Positions 1-9,665 of a stretch of 64,000 bases of DNA are shown here, piece after piece. This stretch comes from Acidimicrobiia bacterium. GTDB taxonomy: Bacteria; Actinomycetota; Acidimicrobiia; IMCC26256; PALSA-610. Made by a program: the position numbers and the translations under genes. The stretch is taken from the NCBI GenBank assembly GCA_038209365.1, contig JBBQXS010000013.1, positions 28,959 through 92,958 of the forward strand, in the 5' to 3' direction. How positions within the stretch are numbered: position 1 is the stretch's first letter; the number at the start of each line of letters is the position of its first letter. The notes under the pieces are model-generated. The model did no database searches. It worked only from the letters and a program-made list of their open reading frames with translations, and was not told the origin of the DNA.

Positions 1-81
1 AGGAACACGCCGCCGACATCGAGTAGCACGGCTTCGGGTCCCGGCATCCACGGAAAGCTACTGGTGGCCTTCCGCCGCTTC

Positions 82-175
82 GGGCGTGGCAGCCTCGGCG
101 CGGCTCCCCGGCTGCACGCCAAGGCTGCCACCCAACCCGTGTCCTATTGAACGCGCGTCTCACGATCCGTGGCAA
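82..175. repeat. Copy A of a ~90-nt direct repeat inside an ORF-poor ~590-nt region
   Basis: gggcgtggcagcctcggcgcgg...ggctgccacccaaccc...attgaacgcgcgtctcac...tccgtggcaag aligns by eye with 390-483 (offset ~308 nt, first 22 nt 20/22 identical). No credible ORF in any frame. Confidence 0.6.
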
Positions 176-389
176 GCCGCTCGCTCACTTTGCGGGGCGC
201 GCACGAGCACCTGTCCCCGGCCCGACGCGACGACGCCCCCACGGTGGGGCGCAGGGGGCGTCGCCAGAACCGCGTCCACAGCGGGCTGGCGGGACGCGCG
301 TCGCGTACAGTAGCCGAGACATCACGAAAAGTGCAACCCCGACGGGGACACGCATGATGACGCCGGCCCCGCGGAGGTGACCGGTGTTG

Positions 390-483
390 GGGCGGGGCAG
401 CCTCAGCGCGGGCTTGCCCCCGCTTGCGTCGCACCGAGGCCGCCACCCAGCCCTTGCGACGCATTCAACCGCGTCCCACCTTC
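390..483. repeat. Copy B of the ~90-nt direct repeat
   Basis: gggcggggcagcctcagcgcgg...ggccgccacccagccc...attcaaccgcgtcccac...tccatggcgag. Roughly 75-80% identity to copy A by eye, with small indels. Confidence 0.6.
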
Positions 484-617
484 CATGGCGAGGTTCGGTC
501 GTCGCCTGTGACAAGTGACACTTCGCGTGACGTCGAGCTGCAACGACCGAGCGTGCACCGCTCCCCATCGTCATAAGCGAAGGTTCGACAAACCTTCAAG
601 ACCTATCCTTTTGTCGC

Positions 618-1796
618 GTGATCACCTTCAGGCGCCTCGACGCGCTTCCGCCGTATGCGTTCGCACAAATCGACGCATTGAAGGTGCAGCTTCGCCGGGC
701 CGGCGAGGATGTCATCGATCTCGCGTTCGGCAATCCCGATCTGCCGTCACCTCCGGTTGCGGTCGAGAAGCTCGCGGAGGCAGTGCGCAACCCGCGCAAC
801 CACCGGTACTCCACCAGCAAGGGCATCCCCAAGCTCCGCCTCGCGGTCGCCGATCTGTACGAGCGGACCTTCGGGATCACGCTCGACTTCGAGACCGAGA
901 TCTGCTCGACGATCGGCGCCAAGGAAGGCTTCTCGCATCTGATGCTCGCGCTCGTCGGTCCGGGCGACACCGCGCTCGTGCCGTCGCCGTCGTATCCGAT
1001 CCACATCTGGGGCCCGATCCTGGCGGGTGCCGGGGTGCACTACGTGCGGATGGGGCCGGGCCAGAATTTCTTCGAGAACATGCGCGGCGCGTACGACCAG
1101 GCGTGGCCGCGCCCGCGGGTGATCGTCACGTCGTTCCCGCACAATCCCACGACCGCGTGCGTCGACTACTCGTTCATGGAGCAGCTCGTCGAGTTCGCGC
1201 GCGATCGCGAGATCGTCGTCGTGCACGACTTCGCGTACGCGGATCTCGGCTTCGACGGCTACCAGCCGCCCTCGATCCTCCAGGTGCCGGGCGCCAAGGA
1301 CGTCGCGGTCGAGCTGTACACGCTCACGAAGTCGTTCTCGATGGCCGGTTGGCGCATGGGGTTCGTCGTCGGGAACCCGGAGATCGTGGCCGCGCTCGCG
1401 AAGTTGAAGTCGTATCTCGACTACGGCTCGTTCCAACCGATCCAGATCGCGGCGACGGTCGCGATGAACGAGGCCCCCGACCACCCCAAGGAAGTCAACG
1501 CGATCTATCGCGGCCGGCGCGACGCGTTGATCGACGGGCTCGCCCGCATCGGCTGGCAGATCGAACGGCCCAAGGGAACGATGTTCGTGTGGGCCTCGAT
1601 CCCCGAGCCGTACACGGAGATGACGAGCCTCGAGTTCGCGACGATGTGCGTGCAAGAGGCGAAGGTCGCCGTCTCGCCGGGCTCGGGGTTCGGCCCGGGG
1701 GGCGAGAGGTTCATCCGGTTCGCGCTCGTGGAGAACGAACAGCGCATCCAGCAGGCCGTCCGTCAGCTCCGCAAGGGCCTGACCAAGCTCGGCTGA
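618..1796 (+). CDS. Class I/II PLP-dependent aminotransferase (AlaC/AspC-like)
   Basis: 392-aa ORF with GTG start. Hallmarks: FGNPD near the N-terminus, HNPTT, and PLP-lysine motif TLTKSFSMAGWRMG. Confidence 0.85.
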   Translation: MITFRRLDALPPYAFAQIDALKVQLRRAGEDVIDLAFGNPDLPSPPVAVEKLAEAVRNPRNHRYSTSKGIPKLRLAVADLYERTFGITLDFETEICSTIGAKEGFSHLMLALVGPGDTALVPSPSYPIHIWGPILAGAGVHYVRMGPGQNFFENMRGAYDQAWPRPRVIVTSFPHNPTTACVDYSFMEQLVEFARDREIVVVHDFAYADLGFDGYQPPSILQVPGAKDVAVELYTLTKSFSMAGWRMGFVVGNPEIVAALAKLKSYLDYGSFQPIQIAATVAMNEAPDHPKEVNAIYRGRRDALIDGLARIGWQIERPKGTMFVWASIPEPYTEMTSLEFATMCVQEAKVAVSPGSGFGPGGERFIRFALVENEQRIQQAVRQLRKGLTKLG

Positions 1797-1808
1797 CGCG
1801 CGCTCCCG

Positions 1809-2222
1809 CTAGCCGAGCGCGGCGCGCAAGTCGCGCGCGTGCTCCTGGGTCTGCTGCAACAGCGGCGCCAGCGTCTCTGCGACGTCGGGCAGCCCGAGCT
1901 CGTTTGCCTGCTCGACCCGCTCGCGGTAACGCTCGAGCTGCGCCTCTTCGAGCGCCAGGTCGGCATGGAGCGCGGCCTGCGCGCCGGTTGCCTTCTCGAC
2001 CGCCGGCACCGAGGTGGCGGGCACGCCGCCGAGGAAGTCGATCTGTCGTGCCAGCGTGACCGCATGCTCGAGCTCTTGCCTCACGTGGACGCCGAGCTCG
2101 TCGAGCGTCGACTGGTACTCGGCGCCCTTCACCGATGCGATGTGCTGCACGTACTGCACGATCGACTTGTATTCGAGTGCAAGGTCTTCGTTGAGGAGTG
2201 CGACAAGCGCGTTCTGATCCAT
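1809..2222 (-). CDS. Ferritin-like / bacterioferritin-like four-helix-bundle protein
   Basis: 137-aa reading frame from ATG 2222 (the C-terminal part of track ORF 1809..2909). Diiron-type motifs LNEDLALEYKSIVQYVQH and RQELEHAV. Sits downstream of the TetR gene on the same strand. Confidence 0.6.
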   Translation of the reverse strand: MDQNALVALLNEDLALEYKSIVQYVQHIASVKGAEYQSTLDELGVHVRQELEHAVTLARQIDFLGGVPATSVPAVEKATGAQAALHADLALEEAQLERYRERVEQANELGLPDVAETLAPLLQQTQEHARDLRAALG

Positions 2223-2284
2223 TGGAGAGACGTACCCCGCCGCGCCTCCGGCGCAACCTGCACGACCAGGTTGGCAGCGCGGGC

Positions 2285-2869
2285 TCAGGCGTGCAGGCCC
2301 TCGAGGCTGAACGCGACACAGAGCTCGGCGACCTCGGCGATCGGGACGTTGCCCTCGATCAGCGCGTGCCGGGTCAGCTCGGCGACGACCCCGTGGATGG
2401 CGTGGGCGAGCAGCTCGGGATCGCGGTCGGCGATCCGACCGTCGACGATGCCGTCTTTCAGGTGCCGAATCGTGTCGGCGATCGAGATCTCGCGGTTGCG
2501 GGCGAGCACGGGCGCAAAGGTCTCGTCGGTCGCCGCGAACTGGATGATCGCGAAGTACTCCCGGTGCTCGGCGAACCAGGCAAGGGTGGCCCGGATGCCG
2601 AGCTCGATCCGATGGACCGGGTCGTCGACACCCTCGATCGCGTGCTGCTGGCGCTTGCGGAGGTCGTGGTTCGACGCCTTGAGGAGCTCGGTCAGCAGCT
2701 CGTCCTTCGACGCGAAATACCAGTAGAAGACGCCCTTCCCGACGCCCAACGCGGCGACGATGTCGGCCACCGACGTCGGGTGATAGCCGCGCTCTGCGAA
2801 CAGGCGCGCCGCGCAGGTCATCAGCTGCGCACGCCGTTCTCTGCCCCGGGGCGTCAGCTTGCGGCGCAT
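2285..2869 (-). CDS. TetR/AcrR family transcriptional regulator
   Basis: 194 aa. N-terminal HTH: AARLFAERGYHPTSVADIVAALGVGKGVFYWYFASKDELL. Confidence 0.85.
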   Translation of the reverse strand: MRRKLTPRGRERRAQLMTCAARLFAERGYHPTSVADIVAALGVGKGVFYWYFASKDELLTELLKASNHDLRKRQQHAIEGVDDPVHRIELGIRATLAWFAEHREYFAIIQFAATDETFAPVLARNREISIADTIRHLKDGIVDGRIADRDPELLAHAIHGVVAELTRHALIEGNVPIAEVAELCVAFSLEGLHA

Positions 2870-2890
2870 TCACCGAGCGTAGCCGTCGGC

Positions 2891-2906
2891 TTGACCGTTC
2901 GGTCAA
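2891..2906. promoter_or_regulatory. Candidate TetR operator (perfect 7-2-7 palindrome)
   Basis: TTGACCG-TT-CGGTCAA lies 22 nt upstream of the TetR start, in the divergent intergenic region. A second 10-nt palindrome AACAGCTGTT is at 2947-2956. Confidence 0.45.
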
Positions 2907-3031
2907 CAAACCACCCCGCCCCGACGGCGTGCGTCAGCCTTCCGTCAACAGCTGTTCGTCGCGCCGTGACCCGCTGACAATGCGCGCGCCACATCGGGCG
3001 CGGACACTGGGAGCGACGAAGGAGGTCACCC

Positions 3032-3196
3032 ATGGCTCGATGGTTCCTGCGCCTCGTGCACGAGCTCGGCACCGGCCGGGCGGTCGAGAATGCCCGACGC
3101 GAGCGAGAGGAGGACGCGCGAGCGCTCGCGGGCATCGCCGTGCTCGAGGCCCGGCTCGCGGCGCTCCATGCGGCGCCGCGGCGGCTCGCGGCGTGA
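3032..3196 (+). CDS. Small ORF (54 aa), hypothetical
   Basis: ATG preceded by a strong SD (GAAGGAGG, 6-nt spacer). Too short for the ORF track. Its TGA (3194-3196) is in frame with the downstream plsC reading frame. Confidence 0.35.
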   Translation: MARWFLRLVHELGTGRAVENARREREEDARALAGIAVLEARLAALHAAPRRLAA

Positions 3197-3250
3197 TCGC
3201 CGCGTCGTCCGTCGCACCCGCGCCTCCCGGGCCGCGTACGCTTCGGGTCT

Positions 3251-3970
3251 CTGTACTGGGTCCTCAAAGGTGTCCTCACCCCGATCATCCGCGTCTTCGT
3301 GCGCGTGAGGGTGGAAGGTCGCGATCACCTCCCCAAGCGCGGGGCGGTCATCCTGGCCTGCAACCATCGCTCGTTCCTCGACTCGATCTTCATCCCGCTC
3401 GTCGTCAGGCGCCGCGTCACCTTCGTGGCGAAGGCCGAGTACTTCGACGACCCCAAGACCGCATGGTTCTTCCGCAGCTGCGGGCAGATACCGATCCGCC
3501 GCGAAGGTGGAAGCGCAAGTGAGCGCGCGCTTGCAGCGGCGACCGACGTGCTGCGCAAAGGCAAGGTGTTCGGCATCTATCCCGAGGGCACCCGGACGCG
3601 CGACGGCAGGTTGCACCGCGGGCACACGGGCGTCGCCCGCCTCGCAATGCGGTGCAACGCGCCGATCGTGCCGATCGGCATGATCGGCAGTGACGAGGTG
3701 CAGCCCATCGATTCGAAGCTGCCCAAGCTGTTCCGGTACGTCACGATCCGCTTCGGTTCGCCGGTCGAGCCGAGCCGCTACGCAGGCATGGAGAACGATC
3801 GCCTCGCCCTGCGGGAGCTCACCGATGAGGTGATGTACGAGATCGCGCAGCTGTCGGGTTACGAGTACGTCGATACCTATGCAACCAAGCACGCCGAGGA
3901 CATCCCCAGCGAGGTCGCGCACGTGGCTGCGTTCGCCGACGTCCGCGCGCCGGCCGCCGCCGCGTCGTAG
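3251..3970 (+). CDS. plsC: 1-acyl-sn-glycerol-3-phosphate acyltransferase (start uncertain: CTG 3251 proposed, GTG 3299 is the first canonical start)
   Basis: HX4D motif NHRSFLD and YPEGTRTRDG motif. Homolog-like N-terminal helix LYWVLKGVLTPIIRVF is encoded in frame upstream of GTG 3299, with no ATG/GTG/TTG between the TGA at 3194 and 3299. Confidence 0.8.
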   Translation: MYWVLKGVLTPIIRVFVRVRVEGRDHLPKRGAVILACNHRSFLDSIFIPLVVRRRVTFVAKAEYFDDPKTAWFFRSCGQIPIRREGGSASERALAAATDVLRKGKVFGIYPEGTRTRDGRLHRGHTGVARLAMRCNAPIVPIGMIGSDEVQPIDSKLPKLFRYVTIRFGSPVEPSRYAGMENDRLALRELTDEVMYEIAQLSGYEYVDTYATKHAEDIPSEVAHVAAFADVRAPAAAAS

Positions 3971-3979
3971 CTCGCACGC

Positions 3980-5476
3980 CTACTCACGCGCCCAGTCGCG
4001 GGAGCGCTCGATCGCGCGCCGCCACTGCGCGAGCCGGTGGCTGCGGTCGTCGCCGTCCATCGCCGGCACGAACGACGCATCGGCGCTCCACTGCGCGTTG
4101 ACCTCTGCGGGCGATCCCCACACACCTTCTGCGACACCTGCGAGGTACGCGGCGCCGAGCGCGGTGGTCTCCTGGATCGCGGCGCGGCGCACGAGTACGC
4201 CGAGCAGGTCGGCTTGGAACTGGCACAACAGGTCCATCACCGAAGCGCCGCCGTCGACACGCATCTCGGTCAGCGGCGTCCCGGTCGCGCGTGTCACGGC
4301 ATCGACGACGTCCGCGGTCTGGAACGCCATCGCCTCGATGATCGCCCTTGCCAAATGCGCACGCGTCGTGCCACGCGTGATGCCGACGATCGTGCCGCGT
4401 GCGAACGGGTCCCACCACGGCGAGCCGAGGCCGGTGAACGCGGGCACGACGGCGACCCCGCCGTTGTCGGGCACCGACGCGGCGAGCGGCTCGGTCTCGG
4501 CCGCGTCGCCGATGATTCCGAGCCCATCGCGCATCCACTGGATCGCGGCACCGGTGACGAAGATCGCCCCTTCCATCGCGTACGTCACGTCGCCGGGCGA
4601 GAGCGACCACGCGATCGTCGTCAGCAAGCCGTCGACCGGGTCGGGAAGCTTGGGTCCGACGTTGGTCAGCACGAAGGAGCCTGTGCCGTATGTGTTCTTC
4701 GTCATGCCCGGTTCCACGCACGCCTGCCCGAACAGCGCGGCTTGCTGGTCGCCGGCAATGCCGCTCACGGGGACGCGCAATCCGGCCGCGTGTTCGGGCA
4801 CGGTCGTGCCGAACCGACCCGAGGAAGGCATCACGCCGGGTAAGCACGCGTGCGGCACGCCGAAGAGCGCGCACAGCTCATCGGACCAGGTGCCGCGCCC
4901 GATGTCATAGAGCATCGTGCGGCTCGCGTTCGACGGGTCGGTCGCGTGCACTCCTCCCGCCGGCCCGCCCGTGAGCTTCCACAACAGCCAGGTGTCGACG
5001 GTGCCGAAGGCGAGGTTCGGGTCCGACGCGGCAACGCCCCCTTCGTCCAACAGCCACTCGAGCTTGGTTGCCGAGAAGTACGGGTCGAGCACGAGACCGG
5101 TGAGACGGCGCACCGTCGGTTCGTGGCCGGCAGCGCGCAATGCCTCGCACCGCTCGGCGGTGCGGCGGTCCTGCCAGACGATCGCCGGCGCGAGCGGCCT
5201 TCCCGTGGAGCGATCCCACACCACGACGGTCTCGCGCTGGTTGGTGATGCCGATCGCGGCGACCTCCTCGCCCGAATCCTCGAGGCGAGCGGCGACCTCC
5301 CGGACGGTCGCGAGCGTGACGCGCCAGATGTCTTCGGCGTCGTGCTCCACCCAACCCGGCCTCGGGAAGTGCTGCGGAAACTCGCGATACGACCGTGCCC
5401 GGGGACGGCCGTCGGCGCCGACGGCGAACGCGCGGACGCCGGTCGTGCCGGCGTCGATGGCGATGACGCTGCTCAC
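3980..5476 (-). CDS. glpK: Glycerol kinase
   Basis: 498 aa of the FGGY family. AIDAGTTGVRAF, PGWVEHD, and full-length GlpK-like sequence. Confidence 0.95.
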   Translation of the reverse strand: MSSVIAIDAGTTGVRAFAVGADGRPRARSYREFPQHFPRPGWVEHDAEDIWRVTLATVREVAARLEDSGEEVAAIGITNQRETVVVWDRSTGRPLAPAIVWQDRRTAERCEALRAAGHEPTVRRLTGLVLDPYFSATKLEWLLDEGGVAASDPNLAFGTVDTWLLWKLTGGPAGGVHATDPSNASRTMLYDIGRGTWSDELCALFGVPHACLPGVMPSSGRFGTTVPEHAAGLRVPVSGIAGDQQAALFGQACVEPGMTKNTYGTGSFVLTNVGPKLPDPVDGLLTTIAWSLSPGDVTYAMEGAIFVTGAAIQWMRDGLGIIGDAAETEPLAASVPDNGGVAVVPAFTGLGSPWWDPFARGTIVGITRGTTRAHLARAIIEAMAFQTADVVDAVTRATGTPLTEMRVDGGASVMDLLCQFQADLLGVLVRRAAIQETTALGAAYLAGVAEGVWGSPAEVNAQWSADASFVPAMDGDDRSHRLAQWRRAIERSRDWARE

Positions 5477-5883
5477 ACCGTTTCGGCGTCGTCGGGCCGG
5501 GCTCGGGCCACCAGCGCGTCGGCGAATGCCCGGTTGCGGGCGGTGCCGCGCATCTCGAGCATCAGCGGTCGGTGCTCGTGCGCCCTCAGCCGCAGCCGCC
5601 GGCGGCCTTTTGCTGGGTAATCGTCGACCTGCAGCCGATCATGAGTGATGGCGTAGACCCGCCGGCGAGGACGGCGCGTGAAAAAGCCCATGGAGAACAG
5701 AGAGAGGTGGTCCTCGGTGAGCACCGTGAAGTCGAGCGTTCGAGAGGCGAACACCGCGGCGAGGCGGCCTTCGCGCCACACCCACGCACGGCCCCACGCC
5801 ACGATCGGTTCCGACGGCAGCAGCTCCTGCAGCCGTCTCTCGACGTGCGACACGGTGGAGATGTGTGGTGCGGATTGGTCCAT
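5473..5883 (-). CDS. Hypothetical protein (136 aa), translationally coupled to glpK
   Basis: ATG at 5883. Its TGA stop overlaps the glpK GTG start (GTGA). The rest of track ORF 5473..7395 is antisense to pfkA/tesB and rejected. Confidence 0.5.
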   Translation of the reverse strand: MDQSAPHISTVSHVERRLQELLPSEPIVAWGRAWVWREGRLAAVFASRTLDFTVLTEDHLSLFSMGFFTRRPRRRVYAITHDRLQVDDYPAKGRRRLRLRAHEHRPLMLEMRGTARNRAFADALVARARPDDAETV

Positions 5884-5943
5884 GGTCTGTCCGGCGGCCC
5901 GACGCGGGCAGGATAGAGCAGGGGGCTCCTCAGGGGAGGTGCG

Positions 5944-6972
5944 ATGCGAGTCGGCATACTGACGGGCGGCGGCGACTGCCCCGGCCTGAACGCGGTGATC
6001 CGTGGGGTCGTCCGGAGGGGCGAAGGCCAGTACGGGCACACGATCGTGGGGTACCGCCACGGGTGGCGGGGTGTGCTCGAGGGACAGTCGATGGACCTCT
6101 CCGAGAACTCGGTGCGCGGACTCCTGCCGCGCGGCGGCACGATCCTCGGCACGTCTCGCACGAACCCGTACAAGTCCGACGACGGGCCGCGCCGCGTGCT
6201 CTCCACCTTGAAGCGCGATCGCATCGACGCGCTCATCGCGATCGGTGGTGAGGACACCCTCGGCGTCGCGAACAAGTTGTCGCACGACGGCGTGCGCGTG
6301 GTCGGCGTTCCCAAGACCATCGACAACGACCTTTCGGCGACCGACTTCACGTTCGGGTTCCACACCGCCGTGCAGATCGCCACCGACGCGATCGACCGCC
6401 TCCACACGACCGCCGAGAGCCACGACCGCGTCATGGTCGTGGAGGTCATGGGCCGGCACGCGGGATGGATCGCCACCTACTCGGGGCTTGCGGGCGGCGC
6501 GGATCTCATTCTCGTCCCCGAGGAGCCGTTCGACATCGAAGAGGTCTGCGACGCGCTGCGCCACCGCCACCAGCGCGGCGCGAACTTCTCGATCGTCGTC
6601 ACTGCCGAGGGTGCGATGCCCAAGGAAGGCACGATGGAGCTGCAAGCGGGCGAGGCCGACGAGTTCGGGCACGTCCGCCTCGGTGGGATCGGCGCGCGGC
6701 TTGCCTCCGAGGTCGAGCGCCGCACCGGCTACGAGGCGCGGGTGACATCGCTCGGGCATGTGCTGCGCGGCGGCAGCCCCACGGCGTACGACCGGGTGAT
6801 CGCGACGCGTTTCGGCGTGGAGGCCATCGACGCGGTGCACGACGGCGAGTTCGGCGTGATGGTCGCGCTGCACGGCACCGACGTCGTCCGCGTGCCCATC
6901 GAGGACGGCGTTGCCCAGCTGAAGTCCGTCGACGGTCGCCTCTTCGAAACCGCCGCGGTGTTCTTCGCCTGA
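5944..6972 (+). CDS. pfkA: 6-phosphofructokinase (actinobacterial PfkA type; ATP versus PPi specificity not decidable from sequence)
   Basis: 342 aa. GILTGGGDCPGLNAVIRG, IGGEDTLG, PKTIDNDL, MGRHAGW. SD GGAGG upstream. Confidence 0.9.
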   Translation: MRVGILTGGGDCPGLNAVIRGVVRRGEGQYGHTIVGYRHGWRGVLEGQSMDLSENSVRGLLPRGGTILGTSRTNPYKSDDGPRRVLSTLKRDRIDALIAIGGEDTLGVANKLSHDGVRVVGVPKTIDNDLSATDFTFGFHTAVQIATDAIDRLHTTAESHDRVMVVEVMGRHAGWIATYSGLAGGADLILVPEEPFDIEEVCDALRHRHQRGANFSIVVTAEGAMPKEGTMELQAGEADEFGHVRLGGIGARLASEVERRTGYEARVTSLGHVLRGGSPTAYDRVIATRFGVEAIDAVHDGEFGVMVALHGTDVVRVPIEDGVAQLKSVDGRLFETAAVFFA

Positions 6973-6973
6973 G

Positions 6974-7030
6974 ACCGGGGGGCGTGTGGGGTGGGGGGGG
7001 GGCTCAACCCGCCCCCCACACACGCCCGGT
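6974..7030 (+). terminator. Long imperfect G/C hairpin after pfkA (terminator-like, no U tail) containing a G10 run
   Basis: accggggggcgtgtggggtgggggggggg...gccccccacacacgcccggt. About 20 bp can pair. G6, G4 and G10 tracts (G10 = 6993-7002). Confidence 0.35.
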
Positions 7031-7044
7031 AGCCTGCGGCGCGA

Positions 7045-7910
7045 ATGGGGCGTGCGCTCGACGATCTGATCGACATTCTGGAGCTCGAGCAGCTCGAGGT
7101 GAACCTGTTCCGCGGTGTGAGTCCCCACGAGGAGCGCCAGCGCGTCTTCGGCGGGCAGGTCGCGGGGCAGGCATTGGTCGCGGCGGGCCGCACCGTTGAT
7201 CCCGAAAGGCACGTGCACTCGCTGCACGCGTACTTCCTTCGGCCCGGCGACCCGCTCGTCCCGATCGTCTACGAGGTCGACCGCATTCGGGACGGCCGGA
7301 GCTTCACGACCCGCCGCGTGGTCGCGATCCAGCACGGCAAGGCGATTTTCAACCTGCAGTCGTCGTTCCAGGTGACGGAGTCCGGCCCCGAGCACCAGTA
7401 CCCCATGCCCGATGCGCCCGACCCGGATTCACTGCCGACGATCCGGGAGCGACTCGAGCCCTACGCGGATCGGTTCCCGCCCGCGTTCCTCGATTGGATC
7501 CGACGCGACCGTCCGATCGACACGCGCTCCGCGCAGCTGCCGCGCTGGCTCGACCCGGATCCCGGCGTACGGGAACCGGAGCAGCTCGTCTGGATCCGCG
7601 CCGACGGATCGCTTCCGGACGACCCGCTGTTGCACGCGTGCATCGTCGTCTACGCATCCGACTTCACGCTGCTGGACACGGCGGTGATGGCCCACGCACG
7701 TTCGTGGGACGACGATCGGTTCATGATGGCGAGCCTCGACCATGCGATGTGGTTCCATCGGCCCTTTCGCGCGGACGAGTGGCTGCTGTATCACCAGAAG
7801 AGTCCGTCGGCGTACGGCGCCCGCGGCCTCGCCGAAGGCTTCATCTACCGCCGGGACGGCGCGCTGACGACCATGGTGATCCAGGAGGGCCTGATCCGCC
7901 CGGTGCGGCT

Positions 7911-7914
<4 letters not shown>
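7045..7914 (+). CDS. tesB: Acyl-CoA thioesterase II
   Basis: 289 aa. [23 protein letters not shown], and a double hot-dog TesB-like sequence. Confidence 0.85.
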
Positions 7915-8915
<1,001 letters not shown>

Positions 8916-8926
8916 GGTGGCCTGAG

Positions 8927-9640
8927 ATGGCCGACGACGACGTCCCGTCCAAGGCGCTCGCGATCTACGCGCATCCCGACGACGCCGAGATCTCGGCCGG
9001 TGGCACGCTCGCACGCTGGGCGCACGCGGGCTCGGAGGTGCACGTGGCGGTCACGACACGAGGCGACAAGGGTACGGCCGATCCCGACGCAGATCCCGAC
9101 GAGTTGGCGCGACTTCGCGTCCGCGAGACCGATGACGCCGCAGTGGTACTCGGCCTCGCGGGCCATCACCACTTCGATCATCCCGACGGCGAGATCGAGG
9201 ACGACCACGGATTGCGCCGCGAGCTCGTACGGCTCGTCCGTTCGTTGCGGCCCGACATCGTGCTGTGCCCCGATCCCACGTCGGTCTTCTTCGGCGACAG
9301 CTACGTGAACCACCGTGATCACCGCATCACCGGCTGGGCCACGCTCGACGCGGTCTCGCCGGCCGCCGGCAACCCGCACTATTTCCCCGAATTGCGGGCC
9401 GATGGCCTCGAGGTGCACCAGGTACGTGCGGTGTACCTGTCGGGCACGCTCGAGCCGAACATGTGGATCGACATCAGCGACACGCTCGAGCGGAAGATCG
9501 AAGCGCTGTTCTGCCACGGGAGCCAGCTGGTCGAAACGGGCGACTGGTTCCGTGAATTCCTGCGCGAGAGCGCGGTTGCCGCGGGACGCTCGGCAGGAGT
9601 CACCTACGCGGAAGCGTTCCGTCGCATCCAGTTGGGTTGA
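8927..9640 (+). CDS. PIG-L family deacetylase (LmbE/MshB-like)
   Basis: 237 aa. AHPDDAE motif and HxDH (NHRDH) motif typical of LmbE/PIG-L metal-dependent deacetylases. Confidence 0.8.
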   Translation: MADDDVPSKALAIYAHPDDAEISAGGTLARWAHAGSEVHVAVTTRGDKGTADPDADPDELARLRVRETDDAAVVLGLAGHHHFDHPDGEIEDDHGLRRELVRLVRSLRPDIVLCPDPTSVFFGDSYVNHRDHRITGWATLDAVSPAAGNPHYFPELRADGLEVHQVRAVYLSGTLEPNMWIDISDTLERKIEALFCHGSQLVETGDWFREFLRESAVAAGRSAGVTYAEAFRRIQLG

Positions 9641-9665
9641 CGCCTCGCACACACACGCGGCGGCC

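Noticed and set aside
579-597. GGTTCGA-containing hairpin (GAAGGTTCGACAAACCTTC) resembling a tRNA T-arm.
   Set aside because: The loop would be 5 nt with a 7-bp stem (9 nt with a 5-bp stem), not the canonical 5-bp stem with a 7-nt T-loop. No acceptor, D or anticodon arms can be built around it. No other GGTTCGAATCC-like strings occur outside coding regions.
1-617. RNase P RNA, tmRNA, cobalamin, c-di-AMP (ydaO) or T-box identity for the ORF-free left end.
   Set aside because: The signature strings were not found on either strand: GAGGAAAGUCCGGGC and ACAGAACCCGGCUUA; the tmRNA 3' tRNA-like end; the B12 box; paired ACGGGG...CCCA halves in the proper context; GGUGGUACCGCG. The region is kept only as an unassigned repeat-containing finding.
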